A DNA stretch of 64,000 nt from Candidatus Woesearchaeota archaeon (GCA_964409005.1 CAYPBR010000001.1:18383-82382), one strand, 5' to 3'. Counted from the stretch's first letter, positions 1 to 9,216 are shown. The notes: generated by a model from the sequence alone, not told the origin. Made by a program: numbers and translations.

Positions 1-134
1 CTTGCACCATCGACAGGTTTATCTCGTATTGCAGTAATTCCTTCCCAGCCGTTCCTATAGGCATGAATTACTCCATCAAAATCTAATGCAATTGTTTTAT
101 CCTTTCTAAAGCCAAGTGCTACCTGATTTCCCAT
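1..134 (-). CDS. partial CDS, N-terminus only (MGNQVALGFRKDKTIALDFDGVIH...). The DxDGV motif suggests a HAD-superfamily phosphatase or 5'(3')-deoxyribonucleotidase
   Basis: Minus-strand ATG at 132-134 with an open frame to the window edge. 'ALDFDGVIH' resembles HAD motif I. Absent from the ORF track because fewer than 60 aa lie inside the window. Confidence 0.3.
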   Translation of the reverse strand, partial: MGNQVALGFRKDKTIALDFDGVIHAYRNGWEGITAIRDKPVDGA

Positions 135-402
135 AATATTCCTCTTTTAAATCTGTTCTTGAATTTATTAAAGCTCTTAAATCTTTTACACCACGAGTAG
201 AAAAGAACTTTTGATTATATCCTATAGCTTTCAAAAATGCTTTCATTTTATTATATTCTATTGTTTTTCTAAATGTAGGATAACCACTTTTCAAACGTAC
301 CCATTTTTTATCTTTTTTTTGGTATCGTCCGTATTTACCATAATCTCTGATAGTACCTTCAGGAAAAGATTTTCGACCTCTAAATGTTATTTGTGTTTTC
401 AT
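106..402 (-). CDS. hypothetical basic protein (98 aa)
   Basis: Minus-strand ORF co-oriented with its neighbours; K/R/Y-rich; no recognisable motif. Confidence 0.4.
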   Translation of the reverse strand: MKTQITFRGRKSFPEGTIRDYGKYGRYQKKDKKWVRLKSGYPTFRKTIEYNKMKAFLKAIGYNQKFFSTRGVKDLRALINSRTDLKEEYYGKSGSTWL

Positions 403-1192
403 TCATCCTCATATGATTCTTTAACCTTTTTTTCATTACTTCATAATATTTTTTATCTTTTTCTATTAGAATGAATTTGCGTTTAAGATTTAAACAAGCT
501 ATTCCTGTCGTTCCCGATCCAGCACAATTATCTAAAACCAAATCACCTTTATTAGTATATGTTTTTATTAAATACTCAAATAATTCTACAGGTTTTTGAG
601 TAGGATGAATCCGATTTATACTATTACATGCACCTTTAGTCGATTTAATGTTTATTAAATTAACTGGGAATCTTAATTTTTCATTACGTTCTTTAGAAGT
701 CTTACTTCTGCCTATTCCTTGTGTACCATTTTTATCCATAGCATGATTTTTTATATCTCTTATTCTCATATTTTCTTTTTTTACTTTAGTCATTTGTGGA
801 TTATATCGTTTACTATTAAATATTACTATATCTTCAGTTACTCTTAATGGTTGACTTTTAGCAAAAGTAAAATTTCCTGACTTAAATTTATTCCATACCC
901 AGCAATATTTAAACATTTTTATATTACTTGATATTAATACCGTTGTGAAAGGCTGACTTGCTGTAAGTACTATAGCTCCATTATTCTTTATTATTCGTTT
1001 ATAATGATCCCACATTTTATTTAAATCAATTGCTACATCCCACTTACAAGCAGTCATTCCATGTCCATAAGGCATATCACAAAGGATCATGTCAATAGAA
1101 TTGTCCTCTATTTTATACATTGCTTTTAAGCAATCACCTAAAATTATTTTATTCATCCTCGTCGTCTTTTCTACCACGTAATAATTCTTCAT
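380..1192 (-). CDS. beta-class DNA amino-methyltransferase (N6-adenine or N4-cytosine)
   Basis: N-terminal 'SIDMILCDMPYG' is a DPPY-type motif IV. C-terminal 'LVLDNCAGSGTTGIAC' is SAM motif I (FxGxGTT). Motif IV precedes motif I, which defines the beta class. Confidence 0.85.
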   Translation of the reverse strand: MKNYYVVEKTTRMNKIILGDCLKAMYKIEDNSIDMILCDMPYGHGMTACKWDVAIDLNKMWDHYKRIIKNNGAIVLTASQPFTTVLISSNIKMFKYCWVWNKFKSGNFTFAKSQPLRVTEDIVIFNSKRYNPQMTKVKKENMRIRDIKNHAMDKNGTQGIGRSKTSKERNEKLRFPVNLINIKSTKGACNSINRIHPTQKPVELFEYLIKTYTNKGDLVLDNCAGSGTTGIACLNLKRKFILIEKDKKYYEVMKKRLKNHMRMNENTNNI

Positions 1193-3044
1193 TATGAAAA
1201 AACATACTTCTCAAAAAGTTTTCAGCATTAATGACAGATAAATTTTGTATTGTAGGTGAATCTTTAATATCCATAACACCTTTATCAATAGCTTCTTTTT
1301 CATCTACAGACATTCTAGGTATTAACTCTTTTTTTGATCTCTGTTCTTGATTAATCTCTGCTCTTGTTTTCCCAACAAATTCGCTAGTTCTATCACTATA
1401 ATACTGTAATATATTAGGATCAACTAGTTCTGCAAGTTTACAATAGGCTTCTGCAAGAAAAAAATGGTCAGGGCCTGACTCACGCCATTCGAATTTACCT
1501 CTATTACGATTCGCTACCTCTACAAATATCCTTGTTGAACTTAAAAGTTGTTGATAATATTCACCGTAGTCTTCCATAGAATCATTATAAATATCACTTG
1601 TATCTAATGGATTAAGCATTATTTGTTTAACAAAATCAGACTTCACTTCATCTAATATAAATGTTCGATCTATTGTAATACGCTTTTCCTTTTTCCATTT
1701 ATCACGCATTTTTCTAAGCGTCAATATCGTTTGACCTAATTTAAAATTACAGGAATATAACTTCGATATAGATTTTTTTATTCTTTCTACTTCTCTAATC
1801 TCTGGATGTTCATCAATTACCATATATTTTGTATTCTTTATTTTCTTTAAATAGTTTACTAAGTGCTGAGTCGTTTCAATTTTTCTCGCATCAATTAATT
1901 GTCTTTTTCCATTATTTAATGCTGCTCGTACTATAACATAATAATAAGTTCCTACATCAATTCCTATATAAATTCGTTTAAATGAATTAATATATACGGT
2001 TTGACCTTTCAATGTATAATTACTATCTTCTTCTGCCTTTTTCAATAATGAATAAGTTATTTTATTTTCCGATGATGAAAATGGTAATCCTAACTTAGAA
2101 TTAACAAATAACTGCATTTCTTTTGCGTTTCCAAGTGCTTTACCATATTGGTTAACTAATGTTTTTAATTCTATATTTGCTGAAAATAACTGACTTATTC
2201 TTCGCCCTTTTTTATCTTTATTTTTATATGTATCAACCCACAACCCCTTTTTCATTCTATTAATTTTAGTACCGCACTTTGTACATGCTACCCATACATT
2301 ATTGTCATCTTCACTTAATATTCTAAATGTTAATTCACTTGTTTTTTCTATTATATTTTTAAAGAAGTCCAGTACTTGCCAATGATTACAACTAGAACAA
2401 CGAACATTCCATAATCCCTGTGATGATTCCTGCCAGTGTGAATCTATACCCCAATTCTCTACTGAAGGATTCCCTATTCTTCTTATGAATTTATAATCTG
2501 AAGCATCTAATCTATCCGGTGCCATTTTTAAATTAGCTTGATCACACTTATCAACTTCATCGATGTATAAAACGTCAGCAGGATAACTAATAAAGTCAGC
2601 AGGACTATTTGATCCTACAAAGTTAAGCAATCCCTTTCCAAAATGTTTCAATCCTATAGAATCACTATCGCCAGAAGCATTTTTAATCAACTCTATATAA
2701 TATGGTACCGATTTAAGAAGCCGATTTAATCTGTCCTTCACAAACTTCCCTCTTAAATCAATATTAGGCATAACATATAATATTCTTAATCCTATTGACG
2801 CATCATGAAGCGATGACACAATCATCCATTCACTTAATCCACATTGTACTGATTTTTCAGTACAAATATCCCTCTCATCCAGCATATTATATAATGGAAT
2901 TAAAAATCTATACTTATCACCAAACTCCATCGGTTTATTATGTACATTTTTATGATGGAATCTGGCAAGCCATAATTGAGGTTTTCTTTTCCTCATTGAC
3001 TCCCTTCGCAAATCTAACTTTTTTTCTTTCATATCTACCAACAT
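1149..3044 (-). CDS. terL: terminase large subunit, lambda GpA family
   Basis: 'KSVQCGLSEWMI' matches the gpA Walker-A variant 'KSARVGYSKMLL'. 'VLYIDEVDKCD' is Walker-B-like. The zinc-finger pair 'CSSCNHW...CTKCGTK' matches gpA 'CPHCGEE...CEHNAC'. Confidence 0.8.
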   Translation of the reverse strand: MLVDMKEKKLDLRRESMRKRKPQLWLARFHHKNVHNKPMEFGDKYRFLIPLYNMLDERDICTEKSVQCGLSEWMIVSSLHDASIGLRILYVMPNIDLRGKFVKDRLNRLLKSVPYYIELIKNASGDSDSIGLKHFGKGLLNFVGSNSPADFISYPADVLYIDEVDKCDQANLKMAPDRLDASDYKFIRRIGNPSVENWGIDSHWQESSQGLWNVRCSSCNHWQVLDFFKNIIEKTSELTFRILSEDDNNVWVACTKCGTKINRMKKGLWVDTYKNKDKKGRRISQLFSANIELKTLVNQYGKALGNAKEMQLFVNSKLGLPFSSSENKITYSLLKKAEEDSNYTLKGQTVYINSFKRIYIGIDVGTYYYVIVRAALNNGKRQLIDARKIETTQHLVNYLKKIKNTKYMVIDEHPEIREVERIKKSISKLYSCNFKLGQTILTLRKMRDKWKKEKRITIDRTFILDEVKSDFVKQIMLNPLDTSDIYNDSMEDYGEYYQQLLSSTRIFVEVANRNRGKFEWRESGPDHFFLAEAYCKLAELVDPNILQYYSDRTSEFVGKTRAEINQEQRSKKELIPRMSVDEKEAIDKGVMDIKDSPTIQNLSVINAENFLRSMFFHNEELLRGRKDDEDE

Positions 3045-3080
3045 ATATACTCCATCAAAGTAAAAGCATTTTCACCTTGG

Positions 3081-3272
3081 TTATAATAAATCAAGCTCAC
3101 TTTTAACAAACCATTTAGTATGAATAGCACTTGATTCGCTATCAACCCATTCAACATTATATTTAAGACCCGCTACATCTAACCATATTCCATTTATTTT
3201 GCCTCTCATATCATTTACTCGAATTCTTACTCTTTCGCCCATTGCATAATCCACTTTAATTACCTTATCCAT
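3081..3272 (-). CDS. hypothetical protein (63 aa)
   Basis: Minus-strand ORF immediately upstream of terL; a small terminase subunit candidate only by position. Confidence 0.35.
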   Translation of the reverse strand: MDKVIKVDYAMGERVRIRVNDMRGKINGIWLDVAGLKYNVEWVDSESSAIHTKWFVKSELDLL

Positions 3273-3311
3273 TTTTTTACTACTCCTTTGACTCTTCTAT
3301 TTTAATAAACT

Positions 3312-3563
3312 TCAAATTTCCGTACTCCAATGAAGTTCCCATTTAGTAAGTACTTCTTTTAAAATTTTATCCCATAACAAAGTAGTCTTACGTATCTTAA
3401 AACCCCATTCCTTGCTCATACTCGCTTTTACTGTACCATCGCTTCTTTCAATTACACAACATAAATAACATTTTTTATTTAAGGTTACTCTGAAAGTAGC
3501 TCGTGATATAAGTTTTTCTACTTTCGCATTATCACTTGTCATTTTTTTTATCTCTCCATCCAA
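3312..3563 (-). CDS. hypothetical protein (83 aa)
   Basis: Minus-strand ORF, co-oriented and tightly packed. Confidence 0.4.
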   Translation of the reverse strand: MDGEIKKMTSDNAKVEKLISRATFRVTLNKKCYLCCVIERSDGTVKASMSKEWGFKIRKTTLLWDKILKEVLTKWELHWSTEI

Positions 3564-3717
3564 TCATTTATTTCATCCAAATCATATCCATCAGGAAATG
3601 AACAATATTTATTACATGACTTATTCATTTTTTTAATATTACGCTTATCTTCATTTGAAATAATTATCATTACAGGTTCTTTATTGCCATCAAATATTTT
3701 ATCACCTACTTTCACTT

Positions 3718-4005
3718 TCATTTCTTTACTCCTAATTTGAATTTGCTTTCTGCATATAAAAATGGATCATCAACTGTTACCACAATATCATCTTCACTAT
3801 CTACTTCACTATCAAATGAGCATTCAATAGTTCCAATGTTCTGCCCTAAACCTTCTAAATATTGGCATCTCGTACAATTTTCCTGATAAAACTTATCGCT
3901 CCACTTTATTACTTGCTCTTTAAGATGGCAATATAATCTCCCATTCTTATCTGCTATCATAATATGATTTACTCTATTGCTACTTTCACTCTCGACTTTT
4001 AACAA
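3718..4005 (-). CDS. hypothetical Cys-rich protein (95 aa)
   Basis: Contains C-x2-C...C-x...C spacing suggestive of a zinc ribbon. Confidence 0.45.
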   Translation of the reverse strand: MLKVESESSNRVNHIMIADKNGRLYCHLKEQVIKWSDKFYQENCTRCQYLEGLGQNIGTIECSFDSEVDSEDDIVVTVDDPFLYAESKFKLGVKK

Positions 4006-4162
4006 AATAGCCTCCTGTACTTAATTCAAACTTATCTTCTTGATTTGTATCACCACATATTTGACAAATAAATCCTTCAGTATATAGTTTATGATAAGTA
4101 TGTTGTTTACAATTTTTACAACATATCCATCTATCACGAAATTCACCACGTATCCAACACAT

Positions 4163-6040
4163 TTAACTTACCTCTTCATAAGTTCCTGGCTTTGCAAGTT
4201 CAACATCTATCCAATATACAGGTAAAAACTGTTTTGGATTTTTAGATACCCACTCAATATTTCTTAATCCGCCTACACCTTTCGGAGCATAAACTGTATC
4301 ATAGTCCTGAAGAAATTCATTACCACTTTGTCTACTTATATCATAATCTTGAAATAAAGTTTTCTTTTGCCCTAATGCGTTTTTACATACAAATAATACT
4401 CCCCTCGTTCCTATTTGTCTACTAAAGCCTTTACCTACATATTGTAACGACTTTGAACTATTCGATGATCCATAAATTCCGTCACCTATCATTCTACCTA
4501 CTTCAGGTTTTGTTACTTTAAATCCGCCCCTTGCAATCTTAGCAGCGTTCTTAAACGCCGTTCCGTGATATGAGAATGTTACATTCCCTATATCTTTTTC
4601 AACTTTTTTATAATCTTTATAATAACTTGTATCATCAATTTTAAAAATGTTATGTATTTTAAATCCAAAGCTTCCATGTTCATCTTTATCAAAGGTCGAC
4701 TTCATTTTATCGTATACTTTCTTTTGCTCTTTTGACGATGCATTACTTAATGAAAATGTTTTACGCTCTTCACCTTGCTCTGATAATGCCGATAACAGTT
4801 TCTTTTTTGCCGATTCTCCTTTATATGCCTGACTTCTTTTTTCTATAAATAACTTTCTTAATTCTTCAGCATCGTCTACTCCATAAGCTTCTTTTGCATT
4901 TATCAATTTAGAATTTTTTCTCATTTTAGGAAGTAGTATCTTATTTGTATAATATGCTGTATATAGCGCTTCAAACCATTTCTTTGATTTAGGATTATCT
5001 TTTTGAGTGCTCGTAATATCTCTTTTCAATTTCTTTACTACATCTAATTTTATATTTCCAATATCACTCATTATATTTTTATTCCTTTTCATAAAATCTT
5101 TACTTTTTTTCATCGGTTCTGTCTGCACATTAAAAGCATCAATCAATTGTTTTTTTTCTACAGCCGTTATACCTTTAGCTTCTTTAATTATTTTAATATT
5201 ATCTGTATTATCATCACTCCAATAATCAAGCATATAACCTTCATCGGATATAAGCGCTGAATATCTTTTTAATACAATTGGAATCGAGTCTACTATTTCA
5301 GCTCTATCCACTTGAGGCATCATACTTACTTTAGCACTATCAAAATCTTTATAATTATCAACAGTATATCCTCTTTGTTTAGCAACCTTCTTTAAAGTCT
5401 TATTATAATATTTATCATATATTTCTTTTCTTACATTATGTATTGCATTACGTGATCTACTTACTACATTATCTAATTTCTTACTTTCTTTTCTTAACGC
5501 TCGTACATTTTCATCCTTTGCATACTGTTTCAATAATATTTTTCTATATGGTTCTATTACATCTTTCATTTCCTTCGGCATTCCTGTAAACATTTTAACG
5601 CCGTACTTCTTTTCCATTTCTATTATCTCACCTAACTTTAATCCAATTTTATTTGTTGTATACTTACTTGATGATCCCATGCTAGGATGATAAATCCACT
5701 TTATATATCCCGGCAACTTACTATAATCAATTTTAATCGTCGACGCTTTAAATATACTTGCCATTTCATCGCTTACATATTTCAGCGACCTCGTATCTTT
5801 ACATAATATTCCAGTACTATCTAATATTTGCTTCTGCTCTTTATTTATTTTCGGTACTCCCACAACTTTTTCTTTAACAGTCTTTTTTCTTTCTACTGCT
5901 GCAGCCACTCCCACATACTTCATCACTCCAGCAACTTTCTTATACTTCAGTAACCTTCCCTTTATATTATATGTTACTACTTGACCCTCAGCAATTCTTC
6001 TTCTTTTTTGTGCCTTAACAAATAACATATCCTTCCTCAA
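4163..6040 (-). CDS. lysine-rich protein with a C-terminal PARP-like ADP-ribosyltransferase catalytic domain
   Basis: C-terminus matches the PARP/tankyrase catalytic core. 'YHGTAFKNAAKIARGGF' ~ 'FHGSPFVNAIIHKGF' and 'GDGIYGSSNSSKSLQY' ~ 'GAGIYFAENSSKSNQY'. 'LFVCKNALGQ' ~ 'LLLCRVTLGK' and 'NIEWVSK' ~ 'AEYVIYR' (catalytic Glu). The H-Y-E triad is present. Confidence 0.7.
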   Translation of the reverse strand: MRKDMLFVKAQKRRRIAEGQVVTYNIKGRLLKYKKVAGVMKYVGVAAAVERKKTVKEKVVGVPKINKEQKQILDSTGILCKDTRSLKYVSDEMASIFKASTIKIDYSKLPGYIKWIYHPSMGSSSKYTTNKIGLKLGEIIEMEKKYGVKMFTGMPKEMKDVIEPYRKILLKQYAKDENVRALRKESKKLDNVVSRSRNAIHNVRKEIYDKYYNKTLKKVAKQRGYTVDNYKDFDSAKVSMMPQVDRAEIVDSIPIVLKRYSALISDEGYMLDYWSDDNTDNIKIIKEAKGITAVEKKQLIDAFNVQTEPMKKSKDFMKRNKNIMSDIGNIKLDVVKKLKRDITSTQKDNPKSKKWFEALYTAYYTNKILLPKMRKNSKLINAKEAYGVDDAEELRKLFIEKRSQAYKGESAKKKLLSALSEQGEERKTFSLSNASSKEQKKVYDKMKSTFDKDEHGSFGFKIHNIFKIDDTSYYKDYKKVEKDIGNVTFSYHGTAFKNAAKIARGGFKVTKPEVGRMIGDGIYGSSNSSKSLQYVGKGFSRQIGTRGVLFVCKNALGQKKTLFQDYDISRQSGNEFLQDYDTVYAPKGVGGLRNIEWVSKNPKQFLPVYWIDVELAKPGTYEEVS

Positions 6041-6237
6041 TTTACCTTATTAATATACTTCCGCTTCTTTAAACTATTAAGTTCACCTAAATCAATATCG
6101 ACCTTATTAAATCTTCTTGTCGTCTTATTAACCTCTGTCTCTACCATGAATGTAGTGCCTTTTATCTGAGCAATTCTTTTAAATTTCTCATCTTTTTTGT
6201 CTTTCTTTAATTTTGTTTTAAGCTTAATCCATTTCAT
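6037..6237 (-). CDS. hypothetical basic protein (66 aa)
   Basis: Minus-strand ORF whose stop overlaps the start of the downstream gene. Confidence 0.45.
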   Translation of the reverse strand: MKWIKLKTKLKKDKKDEKFKRIAQIKGTTFMVETEVNKTTRRFNKVDIDLGELNSLKKRKYINKVN

Positions 6238-6240
6238 ATT

Positions 6241-6654
6241 TTATACCCTCTTCCCTATTATTTCTATATCACTTGAATCAACTTTTCCTAAAAGTTCACC
6301 ACATGATTCATTTTCTAAACTATAAATACCTTTACCTCTTATTTCAAATATACGCACTGTAAATCCACTTAATATATTATCCTTTATACGTACTATATCA
6401 CCGTCATGTATTTCTTTTTCATTTTTATCCACAAATTTTTCTTTTTTATCTATTATCTTTCTAATGAATGCTATTTGACTATCAACAGTAAGATGACAAT
6501 TAGAAAAGCTATTCTCAATTGCATCTAATTTATCTTTCACAAATCTCATTTCTTCAGTATGATCTTTTTCTTTTATCCAAACTTCGTAATCTGTACTTTG
6601 GCCTTTATTTAATTTCTCCATAAAGATCACTGCTGTACTAATATATCTATTCAT
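6241..6654 (-). CDS. MNRY-family paralog 1 (137 aa)
   Basis: One of three tandem paralogs starting MNRY. Shared motifs 'YEVWIKE.D' and 'DGDI.RI...FEI.G...YSLE...IG(K/R)(R/T)(V/I)'. Confidence 0.55.
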   Translation of the reverse strand: MNRYISTAVIFMEKLNKGQSTDYEVWIKEKDHTEEMRFVKDKLDAIENSFSNCHLTVDSQIAFIRKIIDKKEKFVDKNEKEIHDGDIVRIKDNILSGFTVRIFEIRGKGIYSLENESCGELLGKVDSSDIEIIGKRV

Positions 6655-7061
6655 TATATTGTCCTCCCTATCACTTCCATATCAATTGAGTCAACTTTTT
6701 TTAATGATTCAACATATAAGCCGCTTTCTAAACTATAAATATTACTACCTTTTATTTCAAATACACATAAACTATACTCAAATTTTATACGTGTTATATC
6801 GCCATCTTTTATTTCTCTACCATTTTTATCTAAATGCTTTTCTTCTCTATCTATTATATTTTGAATTCTCTCTACTTGAATCTCCGCGCTTGCATTTGAG
6901 TTCAAACATATTGCAATAAAATTCAATTTACTCTTTGTAAGTCTTTTCTCTTCAACATAATCTCTTTCTTTTATCCAAATTTCTTCTTCTTCATTCATTA
7001 TTGGATTGCCGTTTGGCCTAATCATCCACATACCTTGCTTACCGTAAATATATCTATTCAT
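6654..7061 (-). CDS. MNRY-family paralog 2 (135 aa)
   Basis: Tandem paralog; its start overlaps the stop of its neighbour. Confidence 0.55.
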   Translation of the reverse strand: MNRYIYGKQGMWMIRPNGNPIMNEEEEIWIKERDYVEEKRLTKSKLNFIAICLNSNASAEIQVERIQNIIDREEKHLDKNGREIKDGDITRIKFEYSLCVFEIKGSNIYSLESGLYVESLKKVDSIDMEVIGRTI

Positions 7062-7438
7062 TATACTGTCCTCCCTATCACTTTTATAGTTTTACAATCC
7101 GAATTCTCCAAAAAAGCAAATACAGTTTCATCCCCTTTTACACTAACAATACTGTCGTTATCCCGTATTTCAAATACGCCAATATTATCTATGCAAATAA
7201 TATCACCTTCAGCTATCATTCTTCCAGCTTTATCATAATAATCCCGTGGCCTCTCTATAATTAATCTAATTATAGTTGGGCCTTCCCCTTTTACCAAACA
7301 TTCTTCAATATCTCTCAACTGTTTTTTCATAAACTTTACATCTTCTTCTTTTATCCAAACTTCGTAATCTGTGTTTTCATTTTCATCTAACTTATGCATC
7401 CATTCCATATTATTAGTATATCTAGTATATCTATTCAT
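7061..7438 (-). CDS. MNRY-family paralog 3 (125 aa)
   Basis: Tandem paralog. Confidence 0.55.
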   Translation of the reverse strand: MNRYTRYTNNMEWMHKLDENENTDYEVWIKEEDVKFMKKQLRDIEECLVKGEGPTIIRLIIERPRDYYDKAGRMIAEGDIICIDNIGVFEIRDNDSIVSVKGDETVFAFLENSDCKTIKVIGRTV

Positions 7439-7616
7439 GTAACACCCCCACTACTTTTTGACTTGGAATTAACTGTACTACCGGCCCTACTGTACTCTCT
7501 CTAAGATAAAATCCTTCCGTTAAGCACAAACCATAAACTTGTCTTTCAGTCATTACAACTATACTATACTCTGGATTAATGTCTTTCAATAATTCTATCG
7601 CATCTTTTACTTTCAT
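7431..7616 (-). CDS. hypothetical protein (61 aa)
   Basis: Minus-strand ORF. Confidence 0.4.
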   Translation of the reverse strand: MKVKDAIELLKDINPEYSIVVMTERQVYGLCLTEGFYLRESTVGPVVQLIPSQKVVGVLHE

Positions 7617-7641
7617 TTTTATTCACCTTTAAATTATAACA

Positions 7642-7791
7642 TCATTTTTTACTATAATCAATCTTATCTTCAACTCGTTTAAACAGTTCTAACGACAAAC
7701 CACATAACGGGCATTTATCAAATTTAGCACACTTCCATTGTTTTTCAGTAAGTCTATATCGACATAATACGCACTGATACCAAACATTCAT
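7642..7791 (-). CDS. small zinc-ribbon protein (49 aa; MNVWYQCVLCRYRL...CPLCGL...)
   Basis: Hand-translated minus ORF with two CxxC pairs. Below the 60-aa cutoff of the ORF track. Confidence 0.35.
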   Translation of the reverse strand: MNVWYQCVLCRYRLTEKQWKCAKFDKCPLCGLSLELFKRVEDKIDYSKK

Positions 7792-7977
7792 TTTCCCATC
7801 CTCTCTAAATGCTCGTTTACCTTACATATTAATTTTTCTTTAAATTCTTGTACTACTATTTCATTTTTAAATGCATCGTCACTTAATACTTCAATCTGAT
7901 TTCTTAGTTTTTCAACTTCATCTCCAATTTCTATTTCTTCAAAAAGTGAATCTTGATTATTATTCATTTTTCTCCCC

Positions 7978-8205
7978 TCAATATTTATGAGTTTTATAAC
8001 TACATACCTGACTGATACAACATACAGTTTTATTAAATTTTTTAGCTATTTCATTCATTGACCATCCCTTACTTCTCAAATTTCTTATCTCACATGCCTG
8101 CTTAAATGTTAAATTTTTACTTTCTTTCTTTTCTGATTTCCCTAAATGTAACTTTCCATCCGTTACTGGTAAATTTGACACTCCAATTCCAATCTCAAAC
8201 TTCAT
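7978..8205 (-). CDS. small HTH DNA-binding protein (75 aa)
   Basis: 'IRNLRSKGWSMNEIAKKFNKT' is a helix-turn-helix of the sigma region-4 / LuxR type. Confidence 0.5.
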   Translation of the reverse strand: MKFEIGIGVSNLPVTDGKLHLGKSEKKESKNLTFKQACEIRNLRSKGWSMNEIAKKFNKTVCCISQVCSYKTHKY

Positions 8206-8366
8206 TATTTTTTTACCTTTCTAATTTCATCAACTTGATAACTACATACTTTTTTAACATATTCTCTTGACATTTTAAAGTGTTTTGAAAGCCTTACTAT
8301 ATTCCATCCACATCTCCGTAAAAATCTTATCCTTGTAGCTTTATTTTGTGCAATCTTACATTTCAT
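8205..8366 (-). CDS. small HTH protein (53 aa), paralog of 7978..8205
   Basis: Hand-translated: 'MKCKIAQNKATRIRFLRRCGWNIVRLSKHFKMSREYVKKVCSY...'. Aligns with the HTH of the downstream gene. Its TAA stop overlaps the next gene's ATG. Confidence 0.35.
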   Translation of the reverse strand: MKCKIAQNKATRIRFLRRCGWNIVRLSKHFKMSREYVKKVCSYQVDEIRKVKK

Positions 8367-8382
8367 TTTTTTATCTTCTCTT

Positions 8383-8658
8383 TTACCTTTTTAACTCATC
8401 TTCAATCATTTCTATTAACTTTTTATTAGATAGCTTTTTATTGTAATTATTTACATTTGACTCAATTAACATTTTAGTACAATATATCTTTTTCCTATAG
8501 TTCGCAATCACTTCATCTTTTCTATCAAGTTCTTCTCGCTGTTGTTTTATTAATGCTTCCGCAAACATCTCATCATATAATTTACCTGCTCTAAGTGCGC
8601 CAAAAATAGCCGCTACTACAATTAAACTAAATATCCATACAGGTATTATCCACCACAT
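8383..8658 (-). CDS. membrane protein with an N-terminal TM helix (91 aa)
   Basis: 'WWIIPVWIFSLIVVAAIFGAL' is a hydrophobic helix followed by a charged coiled-coil region. Confidence 0.5.
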   Translation of the reverse strand: MWWIIPVWIFSLIVVAAIFGALRAGKLYDEMFAEALIKQQREELDRKDEVIANYRKKIYCTKMLIESNVNNYNKKLSNKKLIEMIEDELKR

Positions 8659-8682
8659 TTTATTCCTCCTTTAATCTTTCAA

Positions 8683-9216
8683 TTGGTTTTCTTGTCTTCT
8701 CTGGCTCGCTTTATCCCTCTGGTTTTCTTTTTCAGTGTGACTCGCTCTTATAGTCTGGTTTTCTTTTTATTATAGGCTCGCTTCCTCCTCTTGGTTTTCT
8801 CATTTTGACTGGCTCGCTTTACCCATCTGGTTTTCTCATCGAATCTGACCCGCTTCTTTTTTCTGGTTTTCTTATTGATCCCGGCTCGCTCTATGCCTCT
8901 GGTTTTCTTCCCCTCAGTGACTCACTCCTTTTTACTGGTTTTCTCATTGACTTCGGCTCGCTCATGCATGCTGGTTTTCTCTCAAAAAATGGCTCGCTTC
9001 TCTTTGCTGGTTTTCTCGTTGAACCCGGCTCGCTCTGTTTGCTTGGTTTTCTCATTTATTTTGACTCGCTCTTTACGCCTGGTTTTCTCATGTACCTTGA
9101 CTCACTCAAATGAATTGGTTTTCTTTCTTTCTTTGGTTCGCTTTACCCATCTGGTTTTCTTCCTTATTCAGGCTTCATTATGCTTATTCAAATATTCTTC
9201 TTTATATGGTTTTCTT
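8683..9216. repeat. tandem array of about 13 imperfect 36-bp direct repeats, iteron-like (candidate replication origin or centromere-like site)
   Basis: Each unit has invariant blocks GCTCGCT and CTGGTTTTCT separated by variable 8-nt and 10-nt spacers. Half-units lie at both ends. The array is intergenic between minus-strand genes. Confidence 0.8.

Noticed and set aside
8683-9216. CRISPR array interpretation of the 36-bp repeats
   Set aside because: The unit is 36 bp in total, with two short conserved cores and 8-nt and 10-nt variable segments. There are no 28-37-bp full repeats alternating with 30-40-bp spacers.
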